A stretch of 64,000 nucleotides of DNA from NCBI GenBank assembly GCA_963711835.1, contig CAVQFQ010000005.1, forward strand, positions 224,001-288,000. Reading direction: 5' to 3'. Source of the stretch: an uncultured delta proteobacterium (GTDB lineage Bacteria; Desulfobacterota; RBG-13-43-22). Numbering within the stretch: the stretch's first letter is position 1; every line of letters starts with the position of its first letter. The position numbers were made by a program, and so were the translations under genes. The notes under the pieces were generated by a model. The model saw nothing but the letters and a program-made list of their open reading frames with translations. It was not told the DNA's origin and did no database searches. Positions 41,635-50,592 of this stretch are shown piece by piece.

Positions 41635-42410
41635 ATTCCCTGCCCGGAACCGATTCCGCTTTCGCCATCGAAATTAAGAATCTCGGGGTCAGCCTGCGCA
41701 AGGTGGAAATCCTGAAAGAAGTATCCTGCATTATTCCGGCCGGGCAAACAACGGCCATCATCGGTCCCAATGGAGCCGGCAAGACCACCCTGCTCCTGGC
41801 GGTCTTAGGTTTGATCCCCTACTCGGGAGAAATTATTTTTCATGGGCCTTCAGACGCCCCGCCTTCCATCGGGTACGTCCCCCAGAGGCTGGAATTCGAC
41901 CGCGGACTGCCCTGCACGGTGGAGGATCTCCTGGCCGCTTCCATCGGCGGGAAGGCCCTCTGGTTGGGAACAAACAAACGGACCCGGGCCCGGATCCGGG
42001 AGCGGTTGGCCGGCGTGGGCGCTCAGGAATTGGGAAATCGGTTTTTAGGAAAACTATCAGGCGGGGAAATGCAGCGGGTTCTGCTGGCCATGGCCCTGGA
42101 AGGAAAACCTTCCATCCTGCTCCTGGACGAACCGACCGCCGGTATCGATATCCCGGGTGAGCAGTTGTTCTGCGATCTCCTTTCCGATATTCAAAAACAG
42201 GTTAATTTAACCGTGATTCTTATCTCCCATGATTTGTCGGTGGTCACCAATCATGCCAACCACGTCATCTGTCTGAATAAAACCGTCCGTTGCTGCGGGG
42301 GTTTAAGCACCTTAACCGAAGAAAACCTGCTCAAGACCTTCGGGCTTCATATTCAGATTTACCCCCACAGCCATGGCCCTCACCCCTTCCCGAAACGGAT
42401 CGACTCGTAG
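41631..42410 (+). CDS. znuC: metal ABC transporter ATP-binding protein
   Basis: GPNGAGKTT, GYVPQ, LSGGE, LDEP, SHDL and CLN. Confidence 0.88.
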   Translation: MNSLPGTDSAFAIEIKNLGVSLRKVEILKEVSCIIPAGQTTAIIGPNGAGKTTLLLAVLGLIPYSGEIIFHGPSDAPPSIGYVPQRLEFDRGLPCTVEDLLAASIGGKALWLGTNKRTRARIRERLAGVGAQELGNRFLGKLSGGEMQRVLLAMALEGKPSILLLDEPTAGIDIPGEQLFCDLLSDIQKQVNLTVILISHDLSVVTNHANHVICLNKTVRCCGGLSTLTEENLLKTFGLHIQIYPHSHGPHPFPKRIDS

Positions 42411-42412
42411 CC

Positions 42413-43255
42413 ATGGAAGCCTTCCTTTCATCCTTGGTCCAATCCCTTCAAGCTTCTCTGCCTTTTGAGTGGGCCCAATTCGCCTTCATCTGGCGGGCCA
42501 TTCTGGCCATGCTTATCATTGCCCCCTTGTGTGCCGTCATGGGGGTCCACGTAGTCAATTTTCGAATGGCCTTCTTCTCGGATGCCATCAGCCATTCCAC
42601 CTTTGCCGGGGTAGCCCTGGGCGTCCTCTGGGGGGTGGATCCGCTCTATACCCTGATCGGGTTCGGCCTATTGGCCGGCCTCAGCATTACCACCATCAAG
42701 GGCCGTTCGGAACTCTCTTCGGACACGGTCATCAGTGTTATCTTATCGGCTACCGTAGCCTTGGGGATAACCCTGCTCTATGCCCAAAAACAAACCCGGA
42801 ACATGGAGGCTTATCTTTACGGGGCCATACTTTCTCTGAGCGATTCGGAATTGCTGTTATTGTTCTGGATCGGCCTGCTGGTCTTTTTAGCCATGGGCCT
42901 CCTGTTTAACCGCCTCTTCATCCTGAGCCTGAATCGTGAACTGGCCGCCTCCCGCGGCATTTATGTCAAAGTCCTGGAGTACGGATTTTCCCTGACCCTG
43001 GCTTTGATAGTCACCTTCAGCATCCGGGCGGTGGGGCTTTTTCTGGTCACCGCCATGCTGGTGGTGCCGGCGGCTACGGCCCGGAACCTGGCCAGGGGGA
43101 TGTTTAGCCTCTTCTGGATAGCCATCGCCTGTTCCCTGACAGCCGGCCTTTCCGGGATCATCCTTTCGTTTTATTGGAATTCACCGGCCGGGGCGACTAC
43201 CATCCTGATCGGCTGTGTCCTTTTTCTTTTATCGTGGCTGAGGGGCCGGATTTAG
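42413..43255 (+). CDS. znuB: metal ABC transporter permease
   Basis: FFSDAISHS, YLYG, VGLFLV and PAATA; ATG 42413. Confidence 0.88.
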   Translation: MEAFLSSLVQSLQASLPFEWAQFAFIWRAILAMLIIAPLCAVMGVHVVNFRMAFFSDAISHSTFAGVALGVLWGVDPLYTLIGFGLLAGLSITTIKGRSELSSDTVISVILSATVALGITLLYAQKQTRNMEAYLYGAILSLSDSELLLLFWIGLLVFLAMGLLFNRLFILSLNRELAASRGIYVKVLEYGFSLTLALIVTFSIRAVGLFLVTAMLVVPAATARNLARGMFSLFWIAIACSLTAGLSGIILSFYWNSPAGATTILIGCVLFLLSWLRGRI

Positions 43256-43759
43256 GATGGGCTGGGTAAATGAGCCGGTAGGCAAAGGGCTTGGTACAGG
43301 AGTTCCCCGGAAGTCCCCGGTTCCACCGGGAAGGTCCGTTCCGGGCCTCTCCCGGAATGCAAGGCCTGATGGGCGTTGTTATAATCCGTATAATCCAACT
43401 CCTCAAAGGTCCTTTTCGGGCAATCCAGTTCAAAAAGGGCCAGGGTGTAAAAATAGGCCTCGTAGCCCCGGCTGCTCAGGCCGGCTTCTTTTCGCTTTTG
43501 GATGGCCCTTTCGATGGTTTCAAACTGCTTTAACCAGACCCGCATCCTATCCGGGGCAGGCCGCGTAATCGAGGTCCGGTCATAATAAACCGTGCTGCCG
43601 TTTCTTTCATAGATAAGCACCAGGGTGGCTTCCGGGTTTCCCGTTTCTTTCCCCCGTTGTTTTTTCGCTTTGCTCTTTGGTTCCACAGAAGGCCAAGACG
43701 GCGGCTATGATCACGATCAAAGCCGGAAAGGCCTGTTTTCTTTTTAGCCAATTTTTCAT
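43252..43759 (-). CDS. putative lipoprotein, frameshifted in a G5 run (43651-43655)
   Basis: ATG 43759 gives MKNWLKRKQAFPALIVIIAAVLAF-C (lipobox-like); removing one G joins it to the ORF ending at 43252 (YYDRTSI, VWLK, ELDC). Confidence 0.6.
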
Positions 43760-43914
43760 TACGGCCTACTCGTTAACTCTTTTTTATTTTTTAGCATTTC
43801 CCTTGTACCCTTGAATCCTCGACTCCTGGAATCCTGGATCATCGCCAACTTTGTTGGCGATGATCCATTATATTTTATTCTTGCCCAACCTGTCAAAGTC
43901 GTTTAGAAACAACT

Positions 43915-45141
43915 ATGGCCTGGCCCTATTACTATACCGTCTGGGGAGTGCTGATTTTCGGCTGGATCACGAATTACCTGGTCCGGGCCGGTCTTTCCCC
44001 GGTATTGATCCCCCTGATGGAGGAATTCAATCTTAATTATTCCCAGGCCGGACTGCTGGCCAGCGCCTTCTTCTACGCCTACGCCCTCATGCAGTTTCCG
44101 GCCGGCTACCTGGGGGACCGCCTCGGTAAAAAGCGCATCCTGATCATCTGCTCCCTGGGCTGGGGATTGACCTCCCTCGGGACAGCCCTGGCCCCGACCT
44201 TTGCGGTCCTTTTTTTATTCCGCTTTCTGACCGGTCTGGCCGAAGGGACCTATTTCAGCAACGATCGGCCGATCATCGCCTACTACACCCCGGCTGAAAA
44301 GGCCGGTTTTGGGCAGGGGCTGTCCTTCACCGGACTGGGAATAGGCCTGTTCCTCGGAATCCTGCTGGCCGGTTGGATCTGCGAAGCATGGGGCTGGCGG
44401 GCTGTTTTTTTCATTTTCACCTTGCCGGCCCTGGCCGCTTCTTTTCTAATCAGCCGGATCATCAAAGAACCACCCCGTGGAACCTATCCGGCAGGCGGGG
44501 GGAGAAACATCCCCCTGGCCTCCCTCTTTCGACATCGTGATCTCTGGTTGCTTTATCTCGGCGGAATCCCGGGGGTCTATACTCTTTGGATGGTCGGGTC
44601 CTGGGCCCCGGCCATGCTGAAGGAAGCCGGCATGGCCAGCTTGACCGGGGCATCCCTTTATTCCAGCCTCCTCGGGATCTCGGCTGTACCGGGATTGATC
44701 ATAACGGGTTGGATCAGTGATCGGTTGGTAAAAAAAGGCAAAGGCCGGAAGGGATTGATCGCTGTGGAATTCCTGGCCATGGCCCTGCTTATGTTCATTT
44801 TCGGCTGGGGGATTTCAGAGCGTTGGGAAGGATGGATTTTGGGTGTTTTAATATTCCTGATCGGATTTTTCGTCTGGGGCCACTGGGCCGCTTATTATTC
44901 CCTCCTCCCTTCCCTGGTTCCACAGGAAATTCACGGCACCGTTTTTGGGCTGACCAATTCCATTCACTTCATCGGCGGTTTTCTGGCCCCCTGGCTGACC
45001 GGTTTGATCAAGGACACCACCGCCTCCTTTTCTTACGCCTGCTACGGAGCGGCCTTATTCACCCTCATGGGAAGCCTGATCATCTTGGCCGTCCGGCCGG
45101 CCTTCCGCTGGGGAGAAGAAAAACCATTGCCCATGAAGTAA
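43915..45141 (+). CDS. MFS transporter
   Basis: About 12 TM segments; motif A GYLGDRLGKK; FRFLTGLAEG. Confidence 0.9.
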   Translation: MAWPYYYTVWGVLIFGWITNYLVRAGLSPVLIPLMEEFNLNYSQAGLLASAFFYAYALMQFPAGYLGDRLGKKRILIICSLGWGLTSLGTALAPTFAVLFLFRFLTGLAEGTYFSNDRPIIAYYTPAEKAGFGQGLSFTGLGIGLFLGILLAGWICEAWGWRAVFFIFTLPALAASFLISRIIKEPPRGTYPAGGGRNIPLASLFRHRDLWLLYLGGIPGVYTLWMVGSWAPAMLKEAGMASLTGASLYSSLLGISAVPGLIITGWISDRLVKKGKGRKGLIAVEFLAMALLMFIFGWGISERWEGWILGVLIFLIGFFVWGHWAAYYSLLPSLVPQEIHGTVFGLTNSIHFIGGFLAPWLTGLIKDTTASFSYACYGAALFTLMGSLIILAVRPAFRWGEEKPLPMK

Positions 45142-45153
45142 GCAACCTTTCAA

Positions 45154-45190
45154 TTTTACCCATAACTGCTTTGAGTGGATATGGGTAAAA
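45154..45190. repeat. 37-bp palindromic repeat, copy 1
   Basis: ttttacccataactgctttgagtggatatgggtaaaa; 34/37 identical to 49744-49780. Confidence 0.85.
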
Positions 45191-45250
45191 ATTGTTTTTA
45201 GAAAAGGGAAACAAAGAGTTGTAGTGAGTAATCGAGATGGGGACGCCAGA

Positions 45251-45291
45251 ATAATAAAGGGGGATGCCTTGGCGGTTTCCCCCTTTATTAT
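45251..45291. terminator. probable bidirectional intrinsic terminator
   Basis: ataataaaggggga...tccccctttattat between convergent genes. Confidence 0.7.
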
Positions 45292-45307
45292 CCGGCGATT
45301 CCTTACA

Positions 45308-46546
45308 CTAATTCTTCAAAATCAAGGGCAGGTCCAGTTTGTTGGGCAGGGGATCGTATTCGTAGGCCCCCATATCCACCATCAGCCCCCGGCCTGAATT
45401 CCCGTCGACAATCCTCTTCCGGCCGTCGAGATCGGCCGCCGGCAGGGTAAATCCTGAGATTGAATTGACACCGCTGTCAATACAGGGAGAGTCACTTTCC
45501 AGATGATAATTCCCCCCCCCGACGAATTTAGGATCCAAGTTGATGTTAGCCGTAAGGGTAGGAGTGACGGGAGTGACGGGCCAAATCCCCAGATACTGGT
45601 AATCGGAGTTGGCAATGGTTACACTATTTCCCGGAATGGTATTGGAAACAGACTGAAAGATATCTTGTGAATCGAGCCATCCTACTAAAGTAGAGTTCCC
45701 TCGGATAATATTATTATACAAACGGTGTGCGAAGCCGGCGGCGGCTAAATATATTCCCCCTCCGTGGGTGTAGGCCTGGTTTCCGGTGACGGTATTGTTG
45801 ACAAAATCTATGGCCCCCCCGACAGCATAGAGGATGATCCCGCCGGCCGCTCCACTATCTGTATCGTTGTGATTGACGATATTATCATAAATCAAATTGT
45901 TAAAAACGGAGCAACTATTTGAATTAGAACAATAGACATAGGCGCCACCAGCAACAGTATTTAAAGTTGTCCCGATCACTCCGGCTGTGTTGTTTTTTAT
46001 AATATTATTTGAAAGGGTTTTAAATCCAAGATCGAGAATGAGTCCTCCACCCACCTGCTGAGCGAAATTCTGATCAAAAATATTTTTATTAACCGTTACT
46101 TCCCCCGGGGAAGTGGTTCGGGCGAGAAGACCGCCACCGTAAGCACCCGTAATACTTCCATTTATTATATTAAACCCCTCAACCTTAATATTGCCGGTTG
46201 CGCCATTGGTTGCCAAAATGGTTAAGACTCGGCCGCTGGCATTTCCATTTAAGGTAGTATTTAAAGGCTCCAGGGTTCGAGTGGTGAAACTCACATTCCA
46301 GCCGCCCTCGATAGTAAGATCGAAATTTTCAGTGACTGCGGGGTCGTAGGTAAAATTTCCTACATAAGTTCCCTGGGCCACCCGGATGGTATCGGATGCA
46401 CCGTTTGCCTGAGCTGAAGTTAAGGCAGTCTGAAGTCCAGATGCGTCAGTCACATTAAAGGTGGCGGCCCAGCCCATTCCGCCCATTACTAAAACCATGA
46501 TCAGCAAGCCTAATGCCTTAATCACCAATCCCACTCTAATTTTCAT
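45308..46546 (-). CDS. secreted parallel beta-helix protein with choice-of-anchor Q-like motif and LPLILK tail
   Basis: Signal peptide, DTIRVAQGTY, N/GGG-rich repeats, SPCIDSG...DLDGRKR...VDMGAYE, ends LDLPLILKN. Confidence 0.8.
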   Translation of the reverse strand: MKIRVGLVIKALGLLIMVLVMGGMGWAATFNVTDASGLQTALTSAQANGASDTIRVAQGTYVGNFTYDPAVTENFDLTIEGGWNVSFTTRTLEPLNTTLNGNASGRVLTILATNGATGNIKVEGFNIINGSITGAYGGGLLARTTSPGEVTVNKNIFDQNFAQQVGGGLILDLGFKTLSNNIIKNNTAGVIGTTLNTVAGGAYVYCSNSNSCSVFNNLIYDNIVNHNDTDSGAAGGIILYAVGGAIDFVNNTVTGNQAYTHGGGIYLAAAGFAHRLYNNIIRGNSTLVGWLDSQDIFQSVSNTIPGNSVTIANSDYQYLGIWPVTPVTPTLTANINLDPKFVGGGNYHLESDSPCIDSGVNSISGFTLPAADLDGRKRIVDGNSGRGLMVDMGAYEYDPLPNKLDLPLILKN

Positions 46547-46572
46547 TCTCCACCCTCCTCAGAATTTTAAAT

Positions 46573-46720
46573 TTGCGAAATATCACCAAATCCGTCACCC
46601 CGGCGAAGGCCGGGGTCCAGACGTCGTCCCGGTAGAAGCCGGGAACCATACCAAAGAACCTGGATTCCGACTTTCGTCGGAATGACGAAAAAAACGGTTT
46701 TTGACTTTTTACGACTTCAT
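46573..46720. repeat. REP-like composite element (CGTCAyyCCGGCGAAxGCCGG..CCAG / CTGGATTCCG..CGGAATGACG)
   Basis: Paired palindromes at 46593-46620 and 46660-46687 in inverted orientation. Confidence 0.75.
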
Positions 46721-46809
46721 TATGAGATAGCATAAAAATCTATCGGCTTCCAACCTCATCTGTAAAACCCCCCCTCAGTCCTCCTTTGGCAAGGTGGGGG
46801 AAGGGGGAT

Positions 46810-49479
46810 TTACTGCCTCAGGATCAAGGGCAGGAACAGGAAGCTGGTTCCCTTGATTTCTTTAAAACCCACATCGAACATGGGAGTGCCGGAGGCATAG
46901 TCTATTTCATAGACCATTAAGAAACTGCCGAACCCATAGGCAACTTTGGGGAACTGTTGATCGTTCACGGTTCGAATAACCCCGAAATTAGGCCAGGTCG
47001 GAAGTCCGTTTCCATCAAACCACTGGCCGTAAATGTCCCACCCGGTAGTTGGTTCGTTTCGTTTATCCTGCCAGGCTGCTAAAAATCTTTGGTTCATCGA
47101 GTCATAAGCCGTAGAGACATACCTCTGATACCCAACAGCGGCTCCTATAGGGAAGCTGTTTCCCACCAGAGTTCCGTCGTGATTCACCACCCGGCCATAG
47201 ATGTCGACGTCTCCGTTGCGGCTGTCCTCCCAGGCCACCAGGTATTTTTGAGTCGTTGGATTGAAGGCCACGGCCGGGTAGATCTGGTCCCCTGGGGATG
47301 AGGTACTTTCCACAATGCGAAAGTTGCTTCCTATAAGGGTGCGGTTAGAGGCAATTAATTGCCCGAATATTTCTACCTCGTGTGTCGGGGAGTCCCTGAC
47401 GTCGGCAAAGACAACCAGGAACTGATTGTTCCCTGGATCAAAGGCCACAGCGGGCAATCCCTGATCTGACCCGACAACGGCGGAAACAGCAAACTCATCC
47501 GCCCCTTGGGCAACGTCTTTGACGAAAAATCGTCCGAAAACATCCTCTTCATCAGTTGGGAAAGTATATTTGTTCCAAACCGCCAGGGTTTGATTGTTGG
47601 TTCCATCGTAGGCGATAGCTGGTCCATAATAAGCAACACCGGCCTTGTTCGAAACCGTAAAATTATACCCGTCCAGGGTCCCGTCGGGATTGACCAACTG
47701 TCCCTGGATATCCATATCATTGGTGGAGGCGTTGAAGATATCCCAGACCGCCACGAATTTTTGGTGGAAGGCATCATAGGTTACGGCGGAGAGCATCCGG
47801 TTATAGGACTTCTGTTCGCTGATCTGAAACTGATCGGCATTCGGTGTCCCATCGGGGTTGATGAGACGCCCGTAAAGCCGGCCGCCGCCGGTTCCGTCTG
47901 CTGAGTTGTAAACCGCCAGGTAGCGGTTGTTGACCGGATCGTAGGCCAGGTTCGGGTCCCCCCTGCCAGAGGCATTGGCATAAGGGCCGTTATCGTATTC
48001 ATAGGCCCCCATATCCACGGTTTCTGAAATACCCCCATCTAAAATCCTCTGCCGGCCATCGAGGTCGGAACTGGTCGGATAGAGTTGATACAGGGGAGTG
48101 CCTGATGGATTGTTGGTGCCGGTATCCTTGCACGGGGAGGTGGCGGCCAGGTGGAAATTATTGTTGGTAAAGTCAACAAAATCAGGGATGATGTTTAGAT
48201 TACCCGTGCCCGTATATCCTCCTTGAACGTCACTATACGCGACTGTGACAGATCCGGATCCGGATTGATAAATAGGATTTGTACCGTTATCCCAGAATAT
48301 AGAGTTGGTTACATTCAAAGTTTGAACCCTATTATAGATGGCTCCTCCGTAAGTCTGACCGCCTAAAGTCCGATTTTTAACAAAAGTACAGTTATGTACA
48401 TTCACCGTTCTGCCAGACGCAGTCGGATTATATATGGTGATTCCGCCTCCGGCTCCGTCACCACTGGCGCCACATTGGTTATTGAGGAATAGGGTGTTAA
48501 AGATATTCGCATTACCGTTCCAGATATGAATTCCCGCGCCCCAGTAGCTTGATTTTTTTCCTGAGATAATACAGTTTACCAAGGTAAGGGTCCCAACCGC
48601 ACCGGTGGTGCCTCCAAAGTAATGATTAATAGCCCCCCCTCCTGAGGTACTGTTATCCGCGTTCCCGTAGAACCTTGAGTTTTTGATTACAGGGGAGGCG
48701 TAATTTATTATATCACTCCCGCCTTCATTAAGTACTGAGGTCTTATTATTGTCAAATGAACATCGGTCAATAACAGGAGAAAGGGTATAAGGTGCATGTA
48801 TGAAAATCCCACCTCCTCCAGTGGCGGAATTATAAGAAAAAACACTGTCTGTCAGCTCGAAGTAACCATTCGCATACATCCCGCCGCCATAATATCCAGT
48901 GGATATGTTATTTTGAAAGATACATTTTTTTACATAGAGGTTGAGCGTACCCCCATTGGCCTGATAGGCTGACAATCCTGCGCCATATAATGGGGGTAAC
49001 GAAGGATTATTCGAATATCCTCTTATAATGGTCAGGTTTTCTATTTTAAAAGTAAAATTAAAACTTGCCCCATCGGCCTTTATTTCAAGAACCCGGTAAC
49101 TATTTCCTCCATCTAATGAAGTAAGGTTTGGATCAAGGCTCTGGTAGGTAAAGCCACTGTTCCAGCCTCCCGAGATTTTTATCGATCTGGTGTAATCAGA
49201 AGCAGCCGGGGTATATGAAAAGCCACCTGCAGGAGAAGAGGTCGCATAATAGGGTTCCGCCTGGAGATAAAGGATATCATCTTGGCCATTGGCCCTGGCT
49301 GTAGTCAGAGCTGCCTTAAGGTTCGCCGGGGTAACCGGGGAAGCGCCATCTCCTGTCCCGGAAGAAGAAACATAAATCGTCGCCGCCCAAAGCGATGATG
49401 GGGTTAAGGTTAGGAATAGAAGGACAAAGAGACAAGATAACATGATTCTTTTTGGGGTTAAAAGTCCTGTAAGTTTCAT
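46810..49479 (-). CDS. secreted beta-helix + choice-of-anchor Q-like + repeat (propeller-like) protein with LPLILR tail
   Basis: Signal peptide, GGG/N repeats, DLDGRQR...VDMGAYE, about six PxVAYD..N.FLVVW.D..DIYGQ repeats, ends LFLPLILRQ. Confidence 0.8.
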   Translation of the reverse strand: MKLTGLLTPKRIMLSCLFVLLFLTLTPSSLWAATIYVSSSGTGDGASPVTPANLKAALTTARANGQDDILYLQAEPYYATSSPAGGFSYTPAASDYTRSIKISGGWNSGFTYQSLDPNLTSLDGGNSYRVLEIKADGASFNFTFKIENLTIIRGYSNNPSLPPLYGAGLSAYQANGGTLNLYVKKCIFQNNISTGYYGGGMYANGYFELTDSVFSYNSATGGGGIFIHAPYTLSPVIDRCSFDNNKTSVLNEGGSDIINYASPVIKNSRFYGNADNSTSGGGAINHYFGGTTGAVGTLTLVNCIISGKKSSYWGAGIHIWNGNANIFNTLFLNNQCGASGDGAGGGITIYNPTASGRTVNVHNCTFVKNRTLGGQTYGGAIYNRVQTLNVTNSIFWDNGTNPIYQSGSGSVTVAYSDVQGGYTGTGNLNIIPDFVDFTNNNFHLAATSPCKDTGTNNPSGTPLYQLYPTSSDLDGRQRILDGGISETVDMGAYEYDNGPYANASGRGDPNLAYDPVNNRYLAVYNSADGTGGGRLYGRLINPDGTPNADQFQISEQKSYNRMLSAVTYDAFHQKFVAVWDIFNASTNDMDIQGQLVNPDGTLDGYNFTVSNKAGVAYYGPAIAYDGTNNQTLAVWNKYTFPTDEEDVFGRFFVKDVAQGADEFAVSAVVGSDQGLPAVAFDPGNNQFLVVFADVRDSPTHEVEIFGQLIASNRTLIGSNFRIVESTSSPGDQIYPAVAFNPTTQKYLVAWEDSRNGDVDIYGRVVNHDGTLVGNSFPIGAAVGYQRYVSTAYDSMNQRFLAAWQDKRNEPTTGWDIYGQWFDGNGLPTWPNFGVIRTVNDQQFPKVAYGFGSFLMVYEIDYASGTPMFDVGFKEIKGTSFLFLPLILRQ

Positions 49480-49743
49480 GGGTTATCCTCCTTCCCGATC
49501 GTTTGATTCATTTCGTCCTAAAAACACAAAATCCCGCCTTCATGAGGAGGCGGGGTTATCTATTAATCCCAAAAGAGAATAAAGGTCCATATTGTTAATT
49601 TTCTCACAAACAATTGAACCATATCTTGACTTTAGAGTCAAGGGGAATTTGATTAGAAATGTAATAAAATAATGGCGATAGAATGGCTACCAATTCTGCA
49701 TATCCCCTGAGGTTGATACGGGACCTATGACAGCAATAAAAGT

Positions 49744-49780
49744 TTTTACCCATAAATGCTTTGAGTAGATATGGGCAAAA
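49744..49780. repeat. 37-bp palindromic repeat, copy 2
   Basis: ttttacccataaatgctttgagtagatatgggcaaaa. Confidence 0.85.
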
Positions 49781-49788
49781 AAGGAAGG

Positions 49789-50325
49789 TTAGGCCTCCGG
49801 CTGTTTTAGTAAGAGATTTAGAAAGCGGTCAAGGTTTTGCTCCACCCATTGATCCAATATCGGATAATCCGTAGCGTTGATGGGATGGGGGATGAGGGCA
49901 AAGGGATAATCGGGAAAGCCGTGGGCCAGGGCCATGGCCTTACCGGAATTCAGGAAGGGTTCGGTACAAACCACCGCGGTCGGGACGCCCAGCTTTTCCA
50001 TGATGATGCCGTCGAGCACACTGCCCGAACTGCAGGAGCCTCAATCCCCGATACCGGCGATGACGGCCTGCGCCTTGGCAGCCAGATCCCGGGCCATCTT
50101 TTCCGGAATGCCGTGTGAAGCGGAAGGCTTTTTGACAAATTCCAGGGAAATATGGGCATACCGTTCCTGTAACCGCGACATTATTTTTTTCAGGACATAG
50201 TCGGAATTCCGCTTGCTGTTATCGATGAGCCCGATGGTCAGGCCCTCCAGGGATGTTGGTCGAGGGGCCAATTGAAAAGATGTTTCGACCGGTTGATCAA
50301 TAGGTTCAAGAACGGTATAAGCCAT
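49789..50325 (-). CDS. UGSC-family selenoprotein (in-frame UGA = Sec at 50041-50043), 178 aa
   Basis: AAGGAGG SD and ATG 50325; ORFs 50041-50457 and 49789-50019 share a frame and read IAGIGD-U-GSCSSGSVLDGIIMEKLGVPT. Confidence 0.88.
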
Positions 50326-50344
50326 TATTATCCTCCTTAAATTT

Positions 50345-50580
50345 CTTGCCACAGACAAGCCTGAACAGGGTGACGACGACATTGTCGTCACCCTAATCGT
50401 CAGGCCCGCCCTGCCTGCAGCAGGCAAGCAGGGCGGGCACAAAAACAATAGCATCACCTCTCAATAGACTTGAAGTAATTTCATTTGCGCCAGCAACAGC
50501 GGATTTTGCCCGGCCCCGTCTTTGTTGGGGCCGGACAAAAATAATATTGTCCGTAGTGGTCCGTGTGAGTCGGTGGCAAA
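50345..50580. repeat. cluster of palindromic hairpins between the UGSC gene and its partner
   Basis: gggtgacgac/gtcgtcaccc, gcccgccctgc/gcagggcgggc and ccggcccc/ggggccgg, bounded by ttgccacagac ... gtcggtggcaa. Confidence 0.6.
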
Positions 50581-50592
50581 AATATCTTGCGC

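Noticed and set aside
46461-46733. Short ORFs across the intergenic region (also 27165-27392, 30498-30713, 36363-36723)
   Set aside because: Translations of palindromic repeat elements, with no coding signals
45154-49780. CRISPR array or dif site from the 37-bp repeats
   Set aside because: Only two copies 4.5 kb apart and no cas genes; match to XerC/D arms is limited to CATAA
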